Origin: Octopus sinensis
Taxonomy: Eukaryota
Length of the DNA: 64,000 nt
NCBI RefSeq assembly: GCF_006345805.1
Contig: NC_043010.1
Span: 45,756,001 to 45,820,000, forward strand
Direction of reading: 5' to 3'
Positions 53,710 through 64,000 of the stretch are shown piece after piece (positions within the stretch are counted from its first letter, which is position 1; each line of letters begins with the position of its first letter). The position numbers and the translations under genes were made by a program. The notes under the pieces are model-generated. The model ran no database searches, was not told where the DNA came from, and saw only the letters and a list, made by a program, of their open reading frames with translations.

Positions 53710-54052
53710 GAGAGAAAATAACATATTACTGAAAAGACTGTTTAGATATAAAAAAGTTTTTCTGAATATATTTTTTTGTGTAAGCTGTAACCAAAAGAGG
53801 TTTTGCAAATGAAGGAAGATCCCATTTTCCTGACCAGTTTCACCAACTTCAGCATTACATCATTTAAAATATGTTTTACAAAGGAATTTTAGATCATGTG
53901 ATGAGAATATATGTATATGCATATATATATATGTATGCACATATACACATGTATACGTTGCATATATATCTCTATCTATATATATATCTATAATTTATAT
54001 ATATTGAATATAGGCATATGTTTGTGTGGGTGTATGTGTGTGTATATATATA

Positions 54053-54219
54053 TAGGTGTAGGAGTGGCTGTGTAGTAAGTAGATTGCTTACGAACCACAT
54101 GGTTCCAGGTTCAGTCCCACTGCGTGGCACCTTGGGCAAGTGTCTTCTACTATAGCCTCGGGCTGACCAAAGCCTTGTGAGTGAATTAGGTTGACGGAAA
54201 CTGAAAGAAGCCCGTCGTA

Positions 54220-54272
<53 letters not shown>

Positions 54273-54484
54273 ATATGTTTGTGTGTCTATGTTTGCCTTC
54301 CCCCCTCCACATCGCTTGACAATCGATGCTGGTGTGTTTACGTCCCCTTAACTTAGCGACTCGGCAAAAGAGACCGATAGAATAAGTACTAGGCTTACAA
54401 AGAATAAGTCCTGGGGTCGGTTTGCTCGACTAAAGGCGGTGCTCCAGCATGGCCACAGTTACATGACTGAAACAAGTAAACGAG
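54053..54484 (+). mobile_element. SINE family A, young CpG-retaining copy
   Basis: Intact A/B boxes, CACCTTGGGCAAGTGTCTT core, (TA)n insert and tail. Confidence 0.92.
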
Positions 54485-54802
54485 TATATGTATGTATGTA
54501 TAAAGAGTAACAAGACAGCACCTTCAAAACTAGATTGCTTGAGATGACTGCATGAGACTTGGCAAGAAATTCCACAAGAGTATATTTGTCATCTGATAGG
54601 GTCCTTGCATTGAAAAATACAAAGGGCATGTCTACTAAATATAAAATGTTCACATTATGACAATTAATTAATAATTAATTATTTCAGAGGAAATAAATTT
54701 TGATGATTATAAGGGTTTCTACTTACTGCTGTCATTTCTGCATATCTGTATATGTGTATGAGCGTGTATATATTTATGTATATCATATATATATATATAT
54801 AT

Positions 54803-55034
54803 ATTTCTTTACTACCCACAAGGGGCCAAACACAGAGGAGACAAACAAGGACAGACAAAGGGATTAAGTCAATTACATCGACCCCAGTGCATAACTGGTA
54901 CTTAATTTATCGACCCCGGAAGGATGAAAGGCAAAGTCGACCTCGGCGGAATTTGAACTCGGAACGTAACGGCAGACGAAATACGGCAACGCATTTCGCC
55001 CGGCGTGCTAACGTTTCTGCCAGCTCGCCGCCTT
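54803..55034 (-). mobile_element. SINE family B, young CpG-rich copy with variant 3' end
   Basis: GGCAAAGTCGACCTCGGCGGAATTTGAACTC..CTGCCAGCTCGCCGCC. Confidence 0.88.
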
Positions 55035-55120
55035 ATATCATATATATATATATACATATATAATGTTTTACATATATATAAGTATATTCTACAGTTGGAT
55101 GCCCTTCCTAACGCCTTTAC

Positions 55121-55155
<35 letters not shown>

Positions 55156-55159
<4 letters not shown>

Positions 55160-55548
55160 GGTACAGGTGTGGCTGTGTGGTAATTCCAGGTTCAATTCCA
55201 CTACATGTCACCCTGAGCAAGTGTCTTTTACTACTATAGCCTTGGTCCAACGAAAGCCTTGTGAGAGGATTTGGTAGATGGAAACTGAAACTGATCGTAT
55301 ATATATATATATATATATTTGTGTATATCTATGTGGGGGGGGGGGTCTCTCCCCCCCCCATCACTGCTTGACAGCCAGTGTTGGTGTGTTTATGTCTCCC
55401 TAACTTAGCAGTTCAGTAAAAGAGACCAACAGAATGAGTAGTAGGCTTAAAAAATAAGTCCTGGGGTTGATTTTTCCAACTAAAACCCAAGGCAATGCTC
55501 CAGCATGGCCACAGTCAAATGACGGAAACAAGTAAAATAAATGATAAA
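55156..55548 (+). mobile_element. SINE family A
   Basis: Match to family A with a deletion in the head. Confidence 0.85.
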
Positions 55549-56601
55549 AAGTATATACATGTGTGTGTATCATCCACATTTTTTTAACATTCATTATTCA
55601 TGCTGTTATGGGTCAGACAGAACTCATTAAGGTAAACATATATCATCATCATCATCATCATCACCATTATTGTTTATATATTTGTGTGTGCAGGATAGTG
55701 TGTACACACACACTCACAAATATATAAACAATGTACTCTAAAGTTGAATGTCTTCTGTTTTAAGGAAATGCCATTGTGTCTTATGTCTGAAATTAGCATT
55801 GTATATCTCACACACACACACATGTATACATATATGTATATAATTTAATTGGCAGCATCTTTAAAGTTTCTGTGGTTGTTGGCTTCATCTGACTGCTAAG
55901 TTTGACAAGGTCAACGACCGATAGAACTTCAATTTATTGAAAATGTCTTACTTTACTCCTCCTCCTCTTGTGAATCCTCCAGCTAGTTTATATTCACCGA
56001 TTGTGTACTAATATATAAACTGCCTCTAACTACATGTATAATATATCTGATAATACTAATACTTCTGAGATTTATGTACATATAGTTTTACATTAATATA
56101 GTTATGTAACGTTTATTTCGCCTTCATATACATTTCATTTAGAATTGTTTTGTCAAACTTATAATAATTACCATAGATATAACACTCTGTGTGTGTGTGT
56201 GTGTGTGTTTAACTCTACTGGAAGAATATCAATTTATGAGGTTCCGTATTGCTACTTTTGCAGTACCTTTTCCATAGTCCCTAGTGCTGGTCCTTATTAT
56301 ATCCTGAAAATTCCATTCTGTTATATTAGAGATTTATTTGTTACGAATTTAATAGTTGAAGTTGTGCCCATTATTATGATTTCATGTTCTGTAAGCTTAA
56401 TTTATTTCTCCATTTCCAAATCCTCCTAAAACTACATTGAAAATGGTGTAGATGTAGTTTTTATTATACGCTGTTATAATGGCTTTATTCCACTGAGACT
56501 CTTAGAGAAAGATTCAGAATACTGTAACATTCTGCTGTAATATTAGGAACAATTATGAATAGGAGTTTTGTATGTTGCTGAGACAGTGTTGTGGCTGTGA
56601 T

Positions 56602-56888
56602 AGGTTCAGGCGTAGCTGTGTGGTTAAGATGTTTGTTTCCAAACTATGCAGTATTGGGTTCAGTCCCACTGTATGACACCTTGCGGAAGTGCCTTCTATT
56701 ATATTCCCTGACTAAACAAAACCTTATGAGTGGATTTTATAAATGGAAACTGAAAGAAAGCCCCTTTGTGTGTTTGTAATATATGTGTGTGTGCATACTC
56801 ATTTTGACATCACATGAGTAACAATTGTGATAAAGGCGGTATTCCAGCATGGTCACAGTCAAATGACTGAAATAAATAAAGCAATAAA
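56602..56888 (+). mobile_element. SINE family A, internally deleted
   Basis: Head and tail present. Confidence 0.8.
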
Positions 56889-56889
56889 G

Positions 56890-57110
56890 GACTAAATGCT
56901 ATTGACAACAGAGTAACAATTGTTAGGAGGGGTTAGAAAGGTAATGGAGGAGGGTGAAACACTGTAACTCAATAAATTAAAAGAATTTTTTTTTTTAAAT
57001 GTGAAAAAATTTGGAAAATTTTTTAGAAAATCTTTAAAAATTCCTAAAGTTACAGTATCTCCTAACCTTTTCTACTAACAGCATTACCCTGTTGTCTTAG
57101 TGTACTTATA
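56890..57110. mobile_element. Imperfect inverted repeat / MITE
   Basis: GACAACAGAGTAA..GGTTAG..ACTGTAACT mirrored by AGTTACAGT..CTAACC..TTACCCTGTTGTC. Confidence 0.55.
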
Positions 57111-57168
57111 CTATAACCATGTTGCTTGAGATATGATAGCACATTATCAATTGTAAATGTGTATCACC

Positions 57169-57878
57169 CTTAATTCTCTTGAGCCACCTGGAACTCCTCC
57201 ACATGAACATTTTCTGAAGGTAGGAGTTCCAATAATACTTCTAAGAAAATAAAATCCTCCTGAATTATTCAATGGGACAAGGTTGATTGTGGAGACATTA
57301 CCACCTAATGTGACAGAAGCTACCATTAATGGATGTGTCTCTGGAGAAGAGGCTTTCATTCCAAAATTCCAATCAAACCAACAGACCTGCCATTTGAGTT
57401 CAAATGAACACAATTTCCAGTGCAACATTGCTTTGCAATAATCTATTAATAAAGCTCAAGGTCAGTCTTTGAAATCTACTGGCTTGCTTTTCTCATGGTC
57501 ACTTTTATGTTGGTTGCTCCAGGGTAGGTAGTTTGTAAGACTTATTTGTCTCTGCTCCAAACCAGAAAACAAAGAGTGTTGTTTACCCAGAAGCTCTTAC
57601 GTAATTTCCTTCATGTGTGGTAGAATTTATCTCCTTTCATAAAAGCGGTAAATTTTGTATTTTCGTTCATCATCATCATCATCATTATTATTTTTTATTT
57701 TTTAATTTTTTTTGTATTAGGAATTCAGAATTGATTTCCTAGTTAAAGAATAAATTGTATCCCAATTGAAGAACAAATTAAATTTAGAATGACAAATTTC
57801 TGTACAACATATTTTGCTTTTTCTTCCAATATATAAGGAAAAATTTCATTCCTGGGCAATACCGGGTGTCTCTGCTAC
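57169..57878 (+). mobile_element. Helitron 3' fragment: Pif1 helicase C-terminus, subterminal hairpin and degenerate CTAG end
   Basis: LNSLEPPGTPPH..LKVGVPIILLR..P.LFNGTRL..QFPV..FA..INKAQGQSL..FSHG..YVGCSRV..VVYPEAL*; CCTGGGCAATACCGGG hairpin then CTAC|T. Confidence 0.92.
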
Positions 57879-57905
57879 TATACATGTATATATTACTTAT
57901 TGCAG

Positions 57906-58021
57906 TGGCCTCATTATAAAAGACGATGGAATATATCACATTGAGCCAACTGGGAACAGTTTAGACCCAACACTACATTACTGGTACAAAAATATGACAG
58001 ATGAAACAGCGTCACATTGTG
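57906..58021 (+). CDS. ADAM prodomain exon D (GLIIKDDGIYHIEPTGNSLDPTLHYWYKNMTDETASHC-G)
   Basis: tgcAG acceptor, G|GTAAGA donor; 116 nt, phase 2 to 1; GLI...YxIEP...HxxY motif and cysteine-switch-like CG. Confidence 0.93.
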
Positions 58022-58129
58022 GTAAGATCCTATATGTAATTTTTTTTTATTTTCATCATCATCATTACTATTCATATGCACTCAACAGATTAGACTGTTG
58101 GAAAAGAAAAGAATCCTTATGTCGGGCTA

Positions 58130-58525
58130 TATCAAGTAGCCTTAGATGCCAATGAATCCTCCTATTGGCTTACAGTAAGTAACCTGAGATTCCAAGAACC
58201 CTCCTAAGTACCCTAGCTGTCCCTAATAACACTGTTTTGTACAGCTGTACTAAACTGGGTTTTATGCCTATTTCCTCAATCCATCTGTTCAGATCCTTAG
58301 GGATAGTTCCTAATGCACCTATAACTACTGGGATATATTTTACCCACACTTTCCATAGATTTTGTAATGCAATAGCTAGGTCCTAGTACTTTGCTATTTT
58401 TTGTATACTCTTCATATTAATTTTTCCATCATTTGTGACTATAAAGTCAGTTATCTGGCACTTTCTATTCTTTTTATCTGTTACTACCAAACCAGGCCTT
58501 CTACCTTCTATTACTCTGTCTGAAA
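58130..58525 (-). mobile_element. RLE-type (R4/Dong/NeSL-like) non-LTR element, restriction-like endonuclease C-terminus
   Basis: TDRVIEGRRPGLVVTDKKNRKCQITDF...KIAKY*DLAIALQNLWKV..IPVVIGALGTIPKDL..LYKTVLLGTARVLRRVL. Confidence 0.85.
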
Positions 58526-59531
58526 GTTGACACACTCTTAGAGAAAGTTCATTCAACTTGGTACAATGAAACTATGGAGAAGGCCATGTAAGATGTCTGT
58601 GTGTGAGAGACAGAGAGACAATAAATGGTGTGTGTGCATCTTTTTCTCTCCTCCACTTTACAACTAGTGTTGGTTTGTTTACAACCTTGTAATTAAGCAG
58701 TTCAGTAAAAGGACATCAATAAAATAACAGACATTAAAAAAATATGCAATGGGTTCAATTTGTTCAACTAAGTCTTACAAAGGATGCCTCCATTAAGTCC
58801 AGCTCAATGACTAGACCATGTAAAAGAGTATCTATATTTACATTTTATTGTTTGCCCCCATACTGACCCTGACTGAGAAGACTTATGATCGAAGTCATTC
58901 CAGCTGAGACCATCCTGTTTATTTTTCTCATATAAGACATCAAGGTCTACACATCCAATGTGTTTATCCTCTCCTAAGATGGCAATGGGTGATGTAAGAG
59001 ATATTTAACTACTAATTCTAATGGATCCAATGACCACACTGCAGGTCTTTCATAAGCTTAATTTCTATTTAAACATTAGAATGTTGAATTAGTTCTGCAA
59101 ATTTTAGAGTTGAAGAAATTTATTGTTTTATGGTTTTATATACATATACGCTTCCTGTGAAGGTGCAGAACCTAGTGGTTAGGCCGTTGCACTCATGATT
59201 GCTAGATCTTGGATTCAGTTCCCAGATGTGGTTGTTGAAGACATTGTGTTCTTCAGCAAAACACTTCATTTCACATTGCTCCAGTCCCCCTTTCAGTCAA
59301 GGGGAAATGTTGGCCTGCTTGCCATAACAAGGCAAAAAGTGCATTGTGACCAGTGATATGTAACAATATCTGATAGTCTGGTCAGTTACATGATCACATT
59401 GTATACTTTCTAATTCAACTCCCTGATTTTGAAGTGTGGCACATATTCTCTTCAGGAAAAACACTGTGTCAAGTAGTGTAAAGTATTTGGGTTATAGTTA
59501 AGAGTGTACAACACAATGGCTATAGCAGAGT

Positions 59532-59750
59532 TTAGTCCTTTTGTTACTGTATTTAATTCGCAATGCTTTGTGTTTCTTTCAATTAATTTTTAATATAACA
59601 AAGAATTTAGTAAAATAGCATAGTTATCATTAAGCTAGTGTTAGGAACATAAATTGTGACTAAGGTTTGGTGGAAGATTTTAATTCAAAACTTATGAAAA
59701 CAAGACATTGTACTACAGAGCCAGTTTCGGCTGGTTTGGTATCGGACGGG
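59532..59750. mobile_element. Second copy of the piggyBac-like MITE, opposite orientation
   Basis: Reverse-complement match to 38420-38637; ends GGG-TTAA. A partial older copy lies at about 25723-25880. Confidence 0.85.
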
Positions 59751-59829
59751 TTAAACTTATAAATTTCCAATCAGTATTCCAGTACAATATTCATAATCAT
59801 TGTTGAGTTACTACAATCATTATGTCATA

Positions 59830-60140
59830 TCCAGTTTTAAAATACTTGGAGCTGGCTGATCTCACACCTCCCAACAGCACTCGGGCGTCTTCAGCTAACT
59901 TGACTTTCCACCTCTCATCAACCTTGATGTATCCGACCTCCTCACACTCACACTGACCATTATGTCCAGTCCATTTCCTGCCTAGATATCAGCTTTCTGG
60001 AATCTTCTCCCCCCTCATATCTTTCCTGCAAGTGTTGACTCAGAACAGTTTAAGTGGAATATTAAAGACTCACCAGTCTTGAAGACCCTACAAAGGTCAT
60101 GAGCAGTATCCTTCTACTTATCTCAACAAGTAAAAAAAAA
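59830..60140 (+). mobile_element. CR1-like LINE 3' end remnant
   Basis: HY.xSF..R...FWNLLP.HIFP....xFK-like C-terminal motif followed by an A-rich end. Confidence 0.55.
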
Positions 60141-60300
60141 ATACTTGTAATGGTTGGGTGGATTTTCTCCAGCACTGTTTCTAACCACTTTGTCAACTGT
60201 ATAAAATTTAGTTTCTTATGGTCAGCCTTTACTACTTCATTCCATGTTCTCAGATCTTCCTTGATTTTTATCTCCTGTAGGTTTCATTACCTAATTGGTC

Positions 60301-60600
60301 TCTATATCTATTATATAAAATCCGTTAGGTCTGTCTATGTGTGTGTCTTCTAGGATCTCGGGCATCCTCCATCTGATTGCGCTCAAATTTGATATGTAGA
60401 TACCGATGGTATCAGGGCATGTATAAGTCTTGAAAAAATTACAAAAATCAATTCCAGATGAGAATGTAATCTATAAAGCATATTTGTGTGAATAAAATCG
60501 TTTTTCTTTGGAATAGAAAAAAAGGCTATCTTTATTTCTTCTTTTGCTGGTGTCTCAAATTTAGTTTGAATCAGTTTCTTAAAGGGGAGGCTTATGGGAC
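60301..60600 (+). mobile_element. Helitron-like 5' end
   Basis: TCTATATCTATTATATAAAA start, then GTCTGTCT..GTGTGTGT and CTCAAATTTG motifs typical of non-autonomous Helitron heads. Confidence 0.55.
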
Positions 60601-60639
60601 AGTCAGACAAGTTGTTTTGAGAAAATTTGGTTTAAATGT

Positions 60640-61290
60640 TTGACAACTCAGCACTGTCCATTGGACAAGGGGCGTTTTGCTCGTGCTTTATATGTCCATA
60701 CCATCTCAGACTTCTTTCTTGCATACTACATCTGATTTCTATTAAGCACATTTTTTATCTCGGCTCATTTGTGCTTCATTGTTCTTGCAAATTAACATTA
60801 CACACTTTGTGAAGCGTTCTCATTTTCTTTCTAGACTTCACATTCAGTATTCACATTCAATGGCCTTGTTTCACCATCACGTAACATTGCACTTCATACC
60901 ATCTATCAGACAATCTACTGTCCGTTTAGTGATGAATCCCTTTCTCTCCAGCAGAACTAATAAGCAGCTCCCTGAATGCATCTGGTTACTTCGTTTTTGG
61001 AACACCCACCTTCATTGCTAATTAGGTCATCAGGGTACAGAAACCATCAACTACTTCAAAGAACCCTCTAAGCATTTGAAGAAATATATATTTTATGAAT
61101 ACACTCTCTGCAAACTACTCCTGTACATCCACTTACACCTGAAGTCCATCTCTGTCAGCTTGCTTGTTGTCCGATTGCATCACTTGTGGATGTATTGTTT
61201 ACATTTGGATACACTGTTTGACATCTCTCGCCTATTACTTTTCTGTTCATCAAATATGAACACTTCCCAAATAAGAAAATATCCTTGCCC
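60640..61290 (-). mobile_element. Decayed RTE LINE remnant, with traces of the PHD-like segment
   Basis: Minus strand RCSMQERSLRWYGHI, AFRELL, and a Cys/His remnant (QCI..KQYIHK). Confidence 0.7.
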
Positions 61291-61799
61291 TATTTTCTTC
61301 AAACTAAAACTTTCGTCCCTGTTTGGTCAATTTCAGGACTTTTTCATTCTAGATTTTGTATTCGTGTTTAGAATTTCTTTCTGAATTCTTGCAAGGGATG
61401 GTATTTTTCAAGGGACGTAACTCTTGACTTTTTTGTCATTTCATTCAGGAAATTTTTCAGCCAAAATATAAATATAAATACATGTTCAGTTCCAATTTTT
61501 ATAAAAGGAGTAACTGATATGTGATTTCTTAAAATTGGAACACGTTAGTTGCTTATTATATCATGTCACAGCAAGATTTGAATTCAAAAACTACATGGAC
61601 TAAATGTCTGGCAGTGTGGTATCTTGACTGTTATCAACATTTTTCTTTGGTGTTTGAACATTATATATAAAATTCTTCAAGAATATTAATTTAAAGTAAT
61701 TTATTTATTTTCAATTAGTAGTAGTTATATGTATGTGTTTATGTGGTTTCTATAGCACAATAACATAATTTACTTTGTATAATGATTTTCCTTGTCCTC

Positions 61800-62165
61800 T
61801 ATCTTTCACTTGTTTCAAATCATTGAATTGCAATCAAGGTGGGGCATTAGCTTCAAGAGTTTTCATTGAACAAATTGATCCTACTACTTGTCTTTTTTTT
61901 TCATCCTGGTGCTTATTCTATCAGCTTCTTCTGCCAAACTGCTAAGTTATAGGGACATAAACAAACCAACACCAGCTGTCAAGCAGTTGCAGGACAGACA
62001 CACATACACATATACAAGTTTCTTTCAGTTTCTGCCTCTCAAGTCCATTCACAAGGCTTTGGTCATCCTGGGGCTATAATAGAAGTCCAAAGTGCCACAC
62101 AGTGAGATTGAACCTGGAATCATGTAGTTGGGAAACAAATTTCTTACCACACTGCGACATCTGCA
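61800..62165 (-). mobile_element. SINE family A
   Basis: Reverse-complement match. Confidence 0.82.
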
Positions 62166-62771
62166 TGATTCTTATACATTATCATCACCAATGGTGGTGC
62201 ATCAGCATGGCCGCAGCTCTGAGCTGAAACAAGAAAAAGAAAAATATGATTTATTTTAATGCCCACTTTTCCATTCTGACAATAATTAGTTGCAACTGTT
62301 ATACAAAACCAGCTAAAAAAGGGAGGCTCAATATTTTTTATAATTTACCCCTTCTCTTGTCTTTCAGTATTGGCTTTTGTTATGAATTAACTTCCATTGC
62401 CAATTCATACTGATCAGCTAAAAGACTCAACACATATCATTCTCCATATCTTTGTCATAGTCTCTATAGAAAGAGAAAATATTTGTTTTAGTTTTACAAA
62501 GCTTAACTGCAGTTAAATGAGCACATGACAGGAATTAATAGATGTTGATGCTAAGTGTGTGTGCTGTAAGCAAACCATAAGATGCAGTGTTTGATGTCAC
62601 TTAATGTGCTATTAATAATATTGTTAAAGAGTAAGGCAGAAAGCTGGCAGACTCATTAGCATGCCAGACAAAATACTACAGTTAAACAAGCACTTAACAG
62701 GAATTAATAGAACTATTAGATGCAATGTTTGATATCACATTAATGTGTTGTTAATAATATTGTTAAAAAGT

Positions 62772-62990
62772 AAGGCAATCAGCTGGCAGATTCATTAGCA
62801 TGTCAGGCAAAATGCTTAGCAGCATTTTGTTTCTCTTCACATTCTGAGTTCAAATGCTGTCAAGGTTGACTTAGTCTTTCGTCCTTTTGGAGTCGGTAAA
62901 ATAAGTACCCGTTGAACACTGGGGTTGATGTAAGGGGCTTACCCCAGTTCCTTGAACATGCTGGAATTGTACCAAAATTTGAAACAAATA
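62772..62990 (+). mobile_element. SINE family B
   Basis: Full-length match; head duplicated at about 62632-62677. Confidence 0.8.
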
Positions 62991-63103
62991 ATGTTAAAAA
63001 AAAAACAAGATTTCTTAACTTTTATTCATCTCTGAACCATTCAGTCAATTATTATGTGATATTTTTTTGTTGACGTGTTTTTGTTATCTATCTTTAATTG
63101 CAG

Positions 63104-63171
63104 GTAATGATGCCCATGATTATGACCATAAAGATATTCATGAATTATTTTCAAGAAATCTCCTTAAACGG
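63104..63171 (+). CDS. ADAM prodomain exon E (GNDAHDYDHKDIHELFSRNLLKR), approaching the convertase site
   Basis: ttgcAG acceptor, CGG|GTATGT donor; 68 nt, phase 1 to 0; in frame with exon D and ends in basic residues. Confidence 0.85.
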
Positions 63172-63524
63172 GTATGTTTAGTTGTTATTAAAAGTTTGCA
63201 ACAATAGATATACATACCTTTTTAATCCTTTCCATTTTCAGAAGCTGAAAATCCTTTCAAATTATGAGCTCACATGTTTTTAATATTCTAAATTTATATT
63301 GTTGTTATTCTTGTATATCCCTCTAGCATTTAAACCAGCCTTATGCAGTCAGATCTGACCTCTCTCACCTACCTTACAATGTCATTCTAAAAGTAAACAA
63401 TTACATCATTTGAAATCATGAAGCTACAGTGGTTAATTCAAAACATTGGGAATAAATAAGCATAACATTTGATACAGTCACCTGAATGTTAAAGGGATAT
63501 GCAGCAGTAAATGAAGATATTTCT

Positions 63525-63921
63525 CTTTCTCTTTTACTTGTTTCAGTCATTTGACTGCAGCCATGCTGGAGCACCGCATTTAGTCGAGCAAATCAACCTC
63601 AGGACTTAATCTTTGGAAGCCTAGTACTTATTCTATCGGTCTCTTTTACCGAATCACTAATGTTAGGGGACATAAACACACTACCATCAGTTGTCATGCG
63701 ATATTGGGGGGACAAACATATACACGTACATATATATATATATATATACATATATATGACAGGCTTCTTTCAGTTTCCGTCTACCAAATCCACTCATAAG
63801 GCTTTGGTTGGCTCGAGGCTATAGTAGAAGACACTTGCCCAAGGTGCCATGTAGTGGGAATGAACCCGGAACCATGTGATTGGTAAGCAAGCTACTTACA
63901 ACACAACCACTCCTGCGCCTA
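63525..63921 (-). mobile_element. SINE family A
   Basis: Full-length reverse-complement match. Confidence 0.9.
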
Positions 63922-64000
63922 TATGAAAAACAATCACAAAATAATAATAGATAACCAAACTATCTTCAATTCAGTTTGTATGCCTGTCCTCACCTGTGGT

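Noticed and set aside
57169-60600. Helitron capture of ADAM exon D
   Set aside because: The order is 3' end, exon, 5' end, so the exon lies between two elements rather than inside one.

Overview
AT-rich, microsatellite-dense eukaryotic DNA, most likely a coleoid cephalopod (octopus-type SINEs and RTE LINEs; the taxon is inferred from repeat content only). Almost all ORFs in the supplied track are spurious. The window lies inside one long-intron + strand gene: five short exons (39123-39199, 48804-48885, 52881-52963, 57906-58021, 63104-63171) splice in frame to an ADAM/reprolysin (M12B) metalloprotease prodomain. The signal-peptide exon was not found and the catalytic domain lies beyond the window. 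The introns are packed with transposon relics: two young RTE LINEs in opposite orientation (with a PHD-like finger inside ORF2 and modular 3'UTR repeat arrays), older RTE, CR1-like and RLE-type LINE fragments, three tRNA-type SINE families, a 5S rRNA-headed SINE-like chimera, a mariner, Helitron ends, several MITEs, and a decayed Penelope-type minimal hammerhead. No prokaryotic system or CRISPR array is present. Repeat boundaries were read by eye and are approximate.
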